A DNA stretch of 64,000 nucleotides from Octopus vulgaris. Taxonomy: Eukaryota. The position numbers and the translations under genes are program-made. Of the stretch, positions 40,164 to 52,377 are shown piece after piece. The stretch spans positions 34,968,001 through 35,032,000 of the forward strand of contig OX597816.1 of NCBI GenBank assembly GCA_951406725.2, given 5' to 3'. Numbering within the stretch: the stretch's first letter is position 1; every line of letters starts with the position of its first letter. A model generated the notes under the pieces. It saw nothing but the letters and a program-made list of their open reading frames with translations. It had not been told where the DNA came from and made no database searches.

Positions 40164-41620
40164 GAATGCCCTGATGCAGTGCCAGGCAATGGCTCTCGTG
40201 GCTTCTAATCTTAACTGATTGGAAATGTTATCATGTACGTTGTTTTGTCTTGGTATAAAAGATGGGCTACAGAAAATTTTCTGCTCAATACCACAGATTT
40301 GCTTCTCAGTTGTTTGACCTTAACCAGTTGATCATGTCCCTTAGTGGATCTCTGATCACGAGCAGAAGTAGTGGAGGAGCATTATAGCCATGTGTTGAGA
40401 GGGATTCTTTGGGGTTTGAATAATTCACCTCTGGAAACATGGGTGTTTCGTTCAGCATCCTTACAAAACCCTTATTCCGGGGCCTTTTGAGCGGGATGTG
40501 TTACTCGACCAGAAGAAAATACTAACTGGGCTCCCACCTGCAAGGTCATGTGCTGTTTATCGTGATATGAGATCACCATGTCACGCACATATGGTTGTGA
40601 TGCATGTGTCTAGTGTACCCTTATCAGACGGGTAGTCATGATGAGTAAACTGGGCTTCGTATATTTTGCCCTAGTGTCACTTTGATGGCATGCTCTGCTC
40701 GCTCACTCAATAATAATAATATGGTATAAAAGATGGGCTACAGCAAATATTTTGCTCAATACCACAGATTTGCTTGTCAGTTGTTTGACCATAACCAGTT
40801 GACCATGTCCCTTAGTGGCTGACGATATGTGCATCTCTGATCACGAGCAGAAGTAGTGGGGGAGCATCATAGCCATGTGTTGAGAGGGATTCTTTGGGGT
40901 TTGAATAATTCACCTCTGGAAACATGGGTGGTTCTTTCAACATCCTTAAACAACCATTATTCAGGGACCTTTTGAGCGGGATGGGTTACTCAACCTGGGC
41001 CCCACCTGCAAGGTCATGTGCTGTTTATCTTGATATGAGATCCCAATGTTGCGCACATATGGTTGTGATGCATGTGCCTGGTGTACCCTTATCAGATGGG
41101 TAGTCATGATGGGTATACTGGGCTTCGTATATTTTACCCCAGTGTCACTTTGATGGCATGAACTGCTCTCTCACTCAATAATAATAATAATAGAATGCCC
41201 TGATGCAGTACCAGGCAGTGGCTCTCGTGGCTTCTAATCATAACTGATTGGAAGTGTTACGTACGTTGTTTTTTCTTGCTATAGAAAATGAGCTACAGCA
41301 AATATTCTGCTCAATACCACAGATTTGCTTGTCAGTTGTTTGGCCTTAACCAGTTTATTATGTTCCTTAGTGGCTGATTCATGAGCATCTCTGATCACGA
41401 GCAGACGTAGTGGGGGAACATCATAGCCATGTGTTGAGAGGGATTCTTTGGGGTTTGAATAATTCACCTCAGGAAACATGGGTGTTTCGTTCAGCATACT
41501 TACAAAACCCTTATTCACGGACCTTTTGAGCGGGATGGGTGACTCGACCCGAAGAAAATTCTAACTGGGCCTCACTTGCAAGGTCTTCTGCTGTTTAACT
41601 TGATATGAGATCACCATATC
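39712..41620 (+). repeat. Tandem cluster of a ~550-bp non-coding element separated by (AAT)n
   Basis: Four highly similar copies (~39712-39985 partial, 40163-40720, 40721-41190, 41191-41620) share CTCTGATCACGAGCAGA..GGGATTCTTTGGGGTTT. Complete 3' ends read CTCACTC(AAT)n. Confidence 0.9.
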
Positions 41621-42214
41621 ACTATATCAGATAATACCGCAACACGCAAATCTATTGAGATCAATGAACCCGATAAAATTCTTCGTAAAATGAATTATTC
41701 TGTATCCAAATGCAATGTAACATCGATGGTGAAGCATTATTCAGAATACGTATATGATATAGTATACCTGGTAAAGGAAAATGTTTACATCGCATCTTCC
41801 ATTTTAATTAATGCTCGTTTTGTAATCTCTGATCTGTCTAAATATAATATCAGAGTTATCATTATGGGTGTGATTTTCTTACAATTTTGGTCAAAAATAA
41901 GCTAAGAAACAATGGGATATATTTTCAGTTCTCATATTTAAAAGTTTTATTGCATACTGATATCATCCGGAAATGAATGAATGTTGCAGCTTCTAACAAA
42001 CATATTTCGTAAATTAGACTCATCCATATGTCAAAAAATAGGAAAAACCTCTTCATCCCTTCTTTTCAAGTGACCATTGTACTTCCCTTTCAACTAAGAA
42101 TACGTTTCAAAAGCATCCATACCTTCCCATTACCCTTCCTGAGTTTCTTTTTTTTTTTTCAATTCTTCTGGGTCGTTTTTTTCCCAATAGTCCATAATTA
42201 TATTCAATATAGTA

Positions 42215-42410
42215 GATACCATAAAGCGATAAGGTCCCTGGATTGTTTAGATACCTGGCAACATGCTCAGAAGTATTTCGTCTCATTTTACGTTCTGAAT
42301 TCAAATTCATCTGAGGTAAGCTTTCTCTTTCATCCTTTCGTGGTTGATAATATAATTCCCTCTGAGGACTGGGGTAGGTGTAATAGACTTTACCCATCCC
42401 CAAATTTCCT
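42215..42410 (+). mobile_element. SINE family B, degenerate
   Basis: GTATTTCGTC..TACGTTCTGAATTCAAATTC..CTTTCATCCTTTCG matches the reverse complement of 31690-31905. Confidence 0.6.
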
Positions 42411-43983
42411 GTTCCTTAGCCAAACTTTGCAACTATGAAGTTATGATTTATGTCACGTCACATTTACGATATTTAAAACCATCTAATGAACAAAGACACT
42501 ACACTTGAATCTCGTATGTTCCTAAGGGCAGAATCAATTTAAAAAGTGTGTTCGCGATTCGTAAAATAATGTTGACAGTTGTTAGGGCGACAATACCTAT
42601 GATTGCGATAATTCCGAGCTGTGAGATATATGGAATAAAATCATAATATATTTTACAAAATATATGATCGCTATGGGAAAATTAACCTATTCTCTCCTAA
42701 TGAAAATTCATCAGTAGCTTTCCTTGTAAAATGTTCCGCAAATAAAGTGTTCTTTAAATTCTATAAATTATGAAACTGGAAGATGAAATCAAGCTGATGA
42801 CTTTATAGTTTCTTTCAAAGACATACAGATACATATGTGTAAAACCTGTTTCCCAATACTGAAATAACTGACTAGAATACTGCTGTAATTTTCGACAAGA
42901 TGATAGAGTAGTTATTTAGATATGTTTTTGTGGTTTGAACGATAATGTAATTCGATTACTATTGATTTTGCAAACAAGCTGTTTATTGATTTCTAGTGAA
43001 ATATTTTATGGTATTAATTTATCTTAGAAATGGTATCGATTTTTTTTTTCTGTAATTTACTTTTTGAAAATTCTACTGAAAAATCAATCAAAGGCTGATA
43101 CACTTTCATTCTATTTTTACGAAATAAAATTTGTGTTTTTGTTTTTGTCTTGCTATATAGAGCGAAAGGGAAATCTACAAAAAATATTTTCAATGATTTA
43201 CTTCTTATGTTTTCCATCACACTGGAAAACTACCTTAGGGAAAGGAAAAGAATTTTGGAAAAAGAATAACACACTCACACCTACATTAACAAGTAGATAG
43301 TAATTTTGCTGGATTATATGTATATGTATTATCAGAAATGTATGACCAAAGAGAACGCTGAATGATAATCATTGTTGTCGTTCATAATAGAACTTAATCT
43401 GAAAATTTAATCACGTTTACTTTCGTGTGTGTGAGTGCTTCTTTTACTCGTGTAATAAGATATCGATAAGATGGTACTGAAAACTCTGGTCATGCTGGAG
43501 TGGGTGGAGTTTGATTTAATGACAGAGCCTGCCAAGAACAAATGTTTTGCCTTTCCACAGCTATACCTGTATCCTTTATGCGAACACCGATGCTGATATT
43601 AATTTCCAACACAAACAGAATCGCTACGAGAAATGTAAAACCAAGTACTTGTCGTTGTTATCGAGGTTAAATTCATATATCAATTTTGGTGTGATCAAAA
43701 ATGACACCATCCCCGTATGATTTTTACCGAATAAAAAAATATTCCAGAACTTTCCTGTATATATTTTAACTCTGATTTCCCTTTATCTGCTTTTCCTCCT
43801 TCTGATGCCACTGTAGTGCTTCGGAAAATGGAATATTATCGACACTTCACTTGCGTTGTCAAACCAAATTGCTTCCATAATAGATGTATATGATTACTAT
43901 ATTTTGGCACGCTTTTCCAAAATGCTGTTCCACGTAAGTGTTTACATACACACACATACACGCACATCTATGTGTATATTCTG

Positions 43984-44062
<79 letters not shown>

Positions 44063-44479
44063 GAAATGAAGTACTGTCTTATATCCCTCCCCACCACTAC
44101 ACACTCAATAACACTATAAAATGTTCAAAACTTTTTACATAGGAACTTACTTCGATTTGAAAATCCCACTAGAAAAGGAGAAAGCGTTGATACATGATCT
44201 ATGTTACATGATGTATAAACACATGTAATATACAAATAAATATCTGTAAATATAAAACCATTCGAATTTCTGAGTACCTCATTTCTTCTAATATAAAATA
44301 CATATACATCATCTCCAAACCTTCCAATATATATTTTTTTTTCTCAACGAAGCCACCGATCATTTTGCGACCCTGAGTCCTCCAATTACTATTTATCTTG
44401 GCTCTGTCCTGTCTTCAGGAGTCATGTCCTGCTTATTTCAGGGAAAGGAAGGAAGAAAAGAAAAAAAAACTCTATGTGG

Positions 44480-44765
44480 GCGTTTTTTCTTTTCTCCCTT
44501 CTTTCCCTTTTTTCTTTTTTCTTTTTTATTTTTTTATTTTTTCTCCCCCTTTTTCTTTTTCTTTTTCCTCTTTCTTTCTTCTTTCTTCTTTTTTCTTTTT
44601 TTCTTTTTTCTTTTTTCTTTTCTTCTCCCCTTTTTTCTTTTTTCTTTTTTCTTTTTTCTTTTCCTTTTTTTCTTTTTTTCTTTTTTCTTTTTTCTTTTTC
44701 CTTTTTCTTTCTTTTTCCCTTTCCTTGTCTCGTTTCTTCTCTTTCCTTTCTTTTCTTTTCTTTGC
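44480..44765. repeat. ~280-bp polypyrimidine (T/C) low-complexity tract
   Basis: Direct reading. It explains the F/S-rich and K/R-rich ORFs here. Confidence 0.95.
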
Positions 44766-45312
44766 TCCACAAAAAATTCATTCAGCCTTTAGAAGTCATA
44801 ACTTAGCAGTCTTGTGAATTGAACAGTAATGTGGCAAATACCTTATCATATAGCATGAAATGATACCCACCTCATTGCGGATTAACCATGGATAAATTCA
44901 TCGTCTGTGAGTATGAAATTCCTCCTCATATCTCTGGAAATTTACATCTACACTACGGATTAATTCACCTTCTCTGTGAAGCTAATAAGCTTTTTTTAAA
45001 AACCTGTGATAAGACTGTGCATCATCATTAAGGAACTTCGGAAATCTATTTACAACCTAAATCTGCTTTTAATGAAATTATCTCCAATACTTCATGAGTA
45101 TAGCCTCACCCACTAAGATGTTTGGAGACCTCATATGTATTTTAGCTGATGAGTACGGGACACTTTTATCTGCTGCAATTTTTGCAACTTTTAATAAAGC
45201 CTGTCTTTGTATGAAACAATTGTACTAAAAACTAATCCATTCTTGTTGCTTCTTTCTCGTATATATATATATATATATATAAATATGTGTGTGTGTGTGT
45301 GTGTGTGTGTGA

Positions 45313-45357
<45 letters not shown>

Positions 45358-47243
45358 GAAACTGGTTACTGTTTTTAATGTCCTTAAGAATACCGAGAAG
45401 GTTAGCGATACTTATATGAAGCAAACTCCCAAATGATGGTAATGCCATTACGTCCCACTACTGATTTGTGCCCATACCAGCTTCTCACATGTTCAGCGCC
45501 GTGGCTTTGTACAAAGTCCAATGAATGTGTTGTCCAGTTCAGTCGTGTCTAGCTTTATATTCGATGGAAGGCGGGGTTGACCATCACAGGCTCTAAATTT
45601 GGAGACTGCACTCTTTTGAGAACGTTACATTGAGAATATTTATGTAGAAATTCTGGTCCTGAACAAGAAGAATTAATTCATTTCATTCTGTCGTCACCTC
45701 TGAACTTCGCAGCCACAGATGAGATTTTTAGGAGTCTACACCAGCTTCTTGCTTGAGTAGAAGGTGTCTAAGCTTGCTACAGCCATCTACATTTCGAGAT
45801 TTTAAATTCTGCTTTGTTTTCATTCACGAAATGTGTTTTTGTTCCCGTTTGTAGTATTAATTCATCTTCATTAATGACTTTTTTTCTATTTAAATTATGT
45901 AATGGATATGTTTCGCGGCTTATTTGTTTCCAGACAGGTGTTTCTTATTATATTCCTGTTATCTCACTGACATACCATCAATCTTTGACGTGGTTGTTGT
46001 TGGCTTTATTAAGTAAATAACTTTGTTTTAAAAATCTTAAATTTATATCATAGAGTAATGTAGGTTGTGTTCAGAAAATGAAATGGAAAATTTTATTGAT
46101 TAAATTTGGTGAAGTTGTAATTGTTAAAAATTTGTCATACACATAGAGCTTTCTATTTAGCTATGTATATTTAGGTGTGTCATCTTCAGGTCACAAAACT
46201 GCTGTCCAACATTCTTTGTCACAACTTTTAACTTGAAGTTAACACACCTATACATACACATGTTATAATTTTTTTTCATATATGAATAAATTCTGAAAAT
46301 TTGCTTTTCCATAACTGTAATGAATAAAATTTCTCCATATCATCTTGCCTCCACAATCTACCATATACCTTACTTACCATTCAATATGTGTTGATCACTT
46401 GCATATCACGCGTTGTCCCAATTATCGGCCGATCCGATTGCATGTCATATGATGGAACATTATTAAATATCTTTGACATCTGCACATTTTTCTCAGTGTT
46501 AGAGCACTTTTCTGAGGTTTGAGAGACCTGCAGAGAACTCTCCCTTCTTGCTAAGCCAACCGGGAAAATATCACAGGTCTCAGAGACAGCAGAGAACGAA
46601 CGTATCATCTCTCACAGCAAGCAAGCCAGATCGACGCCAGAGATATGTATCACCAGAGAACCGATACACACATCAGCAAATAGCACCAAGTTTTCCTTCG
46701 CTGGTTACAGCTACAAATGAGAAGGAAATTTTCATATCAGCAACCAACACGTCTCGATTTCTCGCACCAAATTAGTAGTGATTATCATTATAGATTTTGA
46801 TCCCCTACCTGCATTTATTGAGAAGTGTATATTTAATTGTTCTTCTATGAAATACACATTATAATAAAATTATACACTTATCTGTGTGTGTGTATAGGAG
46901 TGTGTGTTTGCCAGCTGTTAGTTGTGTGTGAGCGCCAGGTTGTAAGTGCCTGCGTTTATTTATGTCAAAGAGCACTTCCACAAAGATTCCGAATCCCACG
47001 CTTTTGCATCTGTTACACGGCAAGCGATTGTTGGTGGTAACTTTCGAAATTACCTGCAGTGGGAGGAAACCGATACCAATGTATTTGAGACGTGCGCGTT
47101 ATAAGTATTGGTCTAAGCTTGCCCGCCACTCGTACGTAAACAATGAATAAATTTCATCTGTTAATGATTGATTATTTTAATTATTATATTTCTATTTCAT
47201 AATTATATATATATAAATTTAGTTTTCTCTTCATTCCACTCCA

Positions 47244-47316
<73 letters not shown>

Positions 47317-47568
47317 TTTTGAATAATTATAGCATTGAAGGGATCACAACAATAATAATGAGTAGGTCAGTTTATTGATTCCATCTGCAAACTACAGATT
47401 TCAGACTAATTATAGCGAATGAGAGATGAATACACTGTTAATCACACCGAGCAGAGGCAGAAAATTAAGCTCTAATTATTTAACGGTTTAGTGTTTAACA
47501 AAGCTTCAGATTCATCGTTATTCTTTTCGCTACAATGGAATTCTAAATGTAACTAAACATTAATTATA

Positions 47569-47629
<61 letters not shown>

Positions 47630-47632
<3 letters not shown>

Positions 47633-50600
47633 TTCATTTCATTTCATTTGGGTTTGAGTCCATGCTCAGGCCAAGTCGAAGACTCCACCCTCAGAGTCTG
47701 GTGTGGTTGCCAGGTTGTATTCTCTGCTTAAATTTGACATGTGTAGGAGCGAGTTTGAGTCAGTTTGTGCTCGTTGTGTATATCCTGGGAGATGGGGTTC
47801 ATCTCTAATGGTGCTTAAGTATCTATCCAGTTGCAATTTGAATGATTCCACACTGCATCCTGATAGATTTCTGACATGTACCGGAATGGAGTTGAACAGT
47901 TGTGCTCCTCGAACCAACAGACTTGATTCTCGCAGGGTTTTTGCTGCCTGGCCAGCCTTTTTGTTGATTGGTGGCAGCTGGCAGCGTCTTCCGTGGCGCA
48001 GTGAGTGGTAGGTTTTGATACCAAAGTTTGGCACCTTCTGCTCTATCATTTTCCAAATGTATATAATTCGGTATCGCTCAAATCTTCTTTCTATTGAGTA
48101 CATCCTCAAGGTTTTGAATCTTTGCCAATAGTCCAGGTCCCTCGTTTCTGAGAAGTATGAGGTAAAATTTCTTTGGAGCGATTCTATCTTAGATAGTTGG
48201 CCCTTTGTTGTTGGTGACCACAACTGAGAACAGTAGTCAATCCTCGGAAGTATCATACTGTTCCAGAGGGTTTTCATTGTTGAGGTATCTCTTGATTTGA
48301 AGGTGCGCAAGATCCACCCGCTGTACTTTCTTGCAGTAAGACAGACTGAGTCAAGGTGTTCTCTGAATTTTAGGTTGGTTCCCATATGGATGCCTAAATC
48401 TTTCACATACTGTTTTTCCATTATTTGTTGTCCTGATGGGTTTCTGTAGTTTGTTGTATTTTTCAGATCTTGATCTGTTCCGTAGCGAATTAGTTCAAAC
48501 TTCTTATCATTGAACAACATGTTGTTTGTTTCCTGCCATTTATATATGGTGGTCAGGTCCTTTGTAAGGCCTCTGTATCCACCTCGTCTTTGATTTGTCT
48601 CATGACCCTGGTGTCATCAGCAAAGGATGAGACGTTGCTGGTTGTATCTTCATCTATGTCAGAGATGAGGATGAGAAACAGGATTGGGCCGAGTACTGTA
48701 CCCTGAGGAACACTGCTGGTCACAGGTGATGGTGTTGAATGGGTTCCATTCACAGTGACTGTTTGAGTTCTATTTGTAAGGAACTCGTGTATCCATGTAC
48801 CAACTTTTCCTCCTACTCCTAGCTTTCGAAGTTTGTGACCCAGGATGCCATGATCTACCTTGTCAAATGCCTTGGCAAAGTCGAGGTAGATAACATCTGT
48901 GTTGTATCCATTCTCTAGATTTTCTAGGATTTGGTCATGGTGTGCCAGTAGTTGGGAAAGGCATGATCTACCTAACCTGAATCCATGCTGGTTGCAATTC
49001 ATCAGATTGTTGGATTCCAGGAAATCAACCAGTTTTCCACGAACTATTCTTTCGAAGACCTTGATAATGTGTGATGTCAGTGAGATTGGTCGGTAGTTCT
49101 TTGGTTTTGATTTGCTATCCCCTTTATATATTGGAGTTATGTGTGCTTCTTTATATGTATTTGGTATTTTGCCATTCTCCATAGATTCCCTCCATATCAT
49201 GTAAAGGGGTTTCGACAATTGTGCCTTGCAGTTTTTAAGTATCATGGCATTGAAACCGTCAGGCCCCGCAGCCGAGTGCATGGAGAGCTTGTCTATTGCT
49301 CTTGCTATGTCTTCTGGGTTGAAATCAATGTCGGATAGGGTAGGTTTAGTATGGTCGATATCCTTGAAGAATTTTCCTGGGTCATGGATCTTCATGGTTT
49401 TAGATGGCTCACTGAAGACACTTTCATACTGTTGACCCAACATTTCTGCCATTTCAATAGGGTTATTCACTACATCCCCATTTTGTCTCTGGAGAGGTCC
49501 TATTGTTGACTTGGTGTTCGAGTATTTCTTTGCAAAACTGTAGAAACATTTTGGATTTTCTTGATGTTTTCTATGGCTTTCTTTTCTGCATTGTTACGTT
49601 CTTCATCATAGTGTTGTTTTAGATTGTCTTCTAATCTGTATATTTGGTCAAGGACTTTCTGTAATTCATGTTTTGATGTCAGCTTAGATGTTTTGTTTCT
49701 TAGTCTTGACCTTTTGCGCATCAGGATCTTTCGCTCCCGTGGTACAGGTTTTTTTGTGGACTTGGTTTTCTTTAGAGGAACATTTTTTTCACATATTTCT
49801 TCGATCTTGTTTAAGAATTTCTTGTGTTTATCTGGCCCAGTAAGGTAGAGATCCCAGTCAATGATTTGTAACTGGTTGTTAATAGTTTCCCAATTTGCCT
49901 GGTGATAATCATACCTGCATAGCTTTGGCATGTCCTTTTGTTTAAGAGTTGTGGCATTGGGCTCATTACCAATGTGTAAATGCATTTCAATAATATTGTG
50001 GTCTGAAAGGATTGTTGGGGTTGAGTGAAGGTCAAATAGCGTGTCCTCGTTGTTGGTAAAAACCAAGTCGATCGTATTATTATTTCTTGTTGCTTCTGTC
50101 ATCATTTGTTTGAGGTATAATTTCTCTGTGACTTCCAACAGTTTGGCTGTCTGTATTTGTTCAGCTTTTGTCCCCAGTTTTAGTATGTGTCCATGTGGCC
50201 AGATGATGTTAGGGAAGTTGAAGTCACCAAGGAGGATAATGTCTGGCATTGGACTTGCCATGTTTCCCAGAATTTGTTGGAGCTTCGTCAGTGGCTCACT
50301 GAAGGATAATGCTGGGCTGTTTGGCGGTCTGTACATTATTGTTACAACTGTATTAAGTTGGATGATTTTTATGCACAGCAGGTTGCAGTAGGCATTTGAT
50401 TCATTGACAAGTTCTATGCATGCATAGGTATCATGGATATACATGATAACGCCCCCATGGGATCTGCCTTGTCTATCACATCTGAAGATGTTGAATCTAT
50501 TGATTGTGATTTCGCTGTTGCGGATGTTTTCGTTGAGATGACTTTCAGTAATTCCAATTATTTTGGAGTTGTTTTCTGTTGCTAATTCTTCCAAGAAAGG

Positions 50601-50639
50601 GACTTTACACTGTTTTGTTTTCGGATAAAGACCCTGGAT
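47630..50639 (-). mobile_element. Young CR1-group LINE, 5'-truncated at the start of ORF2, inserted in (TA)n
   Basis: APE (IQGL, ITESHL, YRPP, GDFN, TIDL, SDH) plus RT (YRPISLTS, LDFAKAFD, VPQGTVLGP, FADD, KDLG). Very short 3' UTR with (AAATG)3 tail. (TA)n on both sides. Confidence 0.95.
47666..50639 (-). pseudogene. APE endonuclease-reverse transcriptase ORF2 (~991 aa if two -1 frameshifts are repaired)
   Basis: ORFs 49500-50594, 48553-49470 and 47666-48520 join by adding one A in A-runs at ~49557 and ~48563. No other stops were seen. Confidence 0.85.
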
Positions 50640-50668
50640 ATATATATATACATGTATAAATGTGTGTC

Positions 50669-50700
<32 letters not shown>

Positions 50701-51074
50701 TATTATATATTAATATGAATCGGCGAGGCGTCGGTTAACTTTGTATTGCAATCCATCTAAATTTCAACGCAAAGCAACAGATTTTGATCTTCAGTTAGCG
50801 ACAAAACACTTTTTGTTTCTAAATTGCTATTTTTGCCGTCATTGTATAATTACTGTCTAGTGTAAAATGATTAATGCATAAAATGCCGTATCGAATGCAA
50901 AAAAATTTCATTTACTTTCCACTTGGTGACTTTTTCTACACTGAAAAATATACTACTGAAAGGCACTTGACTTGCATTTACTTAATTCTTTATCTACATA
51001 CTTATAACCAATTGAATTTCAATGGTAAATTATTACGCTAAAAAATATTTCCTATAACGCCTGTGTACATTCTC

Positions 51075-51760
51075 TAAATAGCCTTGGGCCGACCGAAGAC
51101 ATGTGAGTGGATTAGGGAGACAGATACGTAAAGAAGCCCGTTGTAATTAGATAGAGAAAGAGAGAGTGGCAAGTCGACCATATTCGGCCATAAATTACCA
51201 TGGGACTGCAGGTATACAATTTTACCTTCCGAGACAGGAGTCCAAAATAGGTGGTTTATGAACGATGAGCTGTCACCCACTCATACCAGACTCACTTCTC
51301 CACGCGACCGATGTTATCTAAGGGAAAGGGTGATATTGCTTGCTTGACACCAGTGACGCTGCAACTCACTCCCACAGCTGGGGGAAGTGAGACAATATGA
51401 AATAAAATGTCTTGCTCAAGCATAAAACATACAACCCCCTCCAGCAATTGAACTCACTCACTCATGACTGTGAGCCCGACGCTCTAATCACTGAGCCATG
51501 CTCCTTCACACACACACACACACACATATAGACACATCTATCCGTGCGTATATGTCTTTGTGTCTGTGTTTGTTCCTACACCATCGCTTGCTGTTGGTTT
51601 GTTTACGTGTCCGTAACGCAGCGGTTCTGTAAAAGATTCTGATAGAATAAATACGAGGCTTAAAAAATTAGTACTACGGTCAATTCATTCGACTAAAATT
51701 TCCAGCTGATGTCTCTGCATGGCCGCAGTCTAAAGACTGAAGCCAGTAAAAAATAGAAGA
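51075..51760 (+). mobile_element. SINE family A with an opposite-strand SINE nested in its microsatellite
   Basis: Family A 5' part at 51075-51140 and tail at 51550-51760. Confidence 0.7.
51150..51508 (-). mobile_element. tRNA-derived SINE family C
   Basis: Minus-strand TGGCTCAGTGATTAGAGCGTCGGGCTC (A-box)..GAGTTCAATT (B-box)..CTTGAGCAAGAC core. Confidence 0.7.
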
Positions 51761-52340
51761 TATGAGCAGCACCTTCACGCACCCGAGTAAAACACCTGAA
51801 AATATTCGAACAAAAGTAACGTAATTCGAAATCAAATCTCTGCTTAAGCTTTTGTGCTCATACTAGTGAATAAAGAATTCACATATTAGAAATTACACGT
51901 GACGAAGCCGAAAGTAAGTAAATTTTACTTAAAAGTTATTGAAGGATATGCCCACCAAACTGTACTTCGCATAATGAAAGAAAGAATTTCATTTAATATG
52001 AACCATATCGTTAAACCGGACGTAGAGATTGTTTGTAAAAATATAAGCACAGGCATGTAGGAGGGATGATCACTGATCACCAAGTGGACATTCATTATTC
52101 TAGATGTAGATCCGATATGGTTTGACCACTAAGAAAAGATTATTCTCAGGAAAATTCAGCAAATGCCAGAACGTAAACAAGCAAGACAAACGAATGGATC
52201 CAAAATATATTTTGGTGTGGAGACAGGAGTCTGTTATGTATCGGCGACAGCTAGTCTTCCATAAATAACCTTGCCCGGACTTGTGGAGGGTAACTTTCTA
52301 GATGCAATCCCATGGTCAGGCATGACCGAAGGGGGTCTTA

Positions 52341-52377
<37 letters not shown>

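Noticed and set aside
39712-41620. CRISPR-like repeat array
   Set aside because: Units are ~550 bp with microsatellite linkers, no unique spacers and no cas genes, in eukaryotic DNA.
44398-44817. F/S-rich and K/R-rich ORFs
   Set aside because: Products of the polypyrimidine tract.
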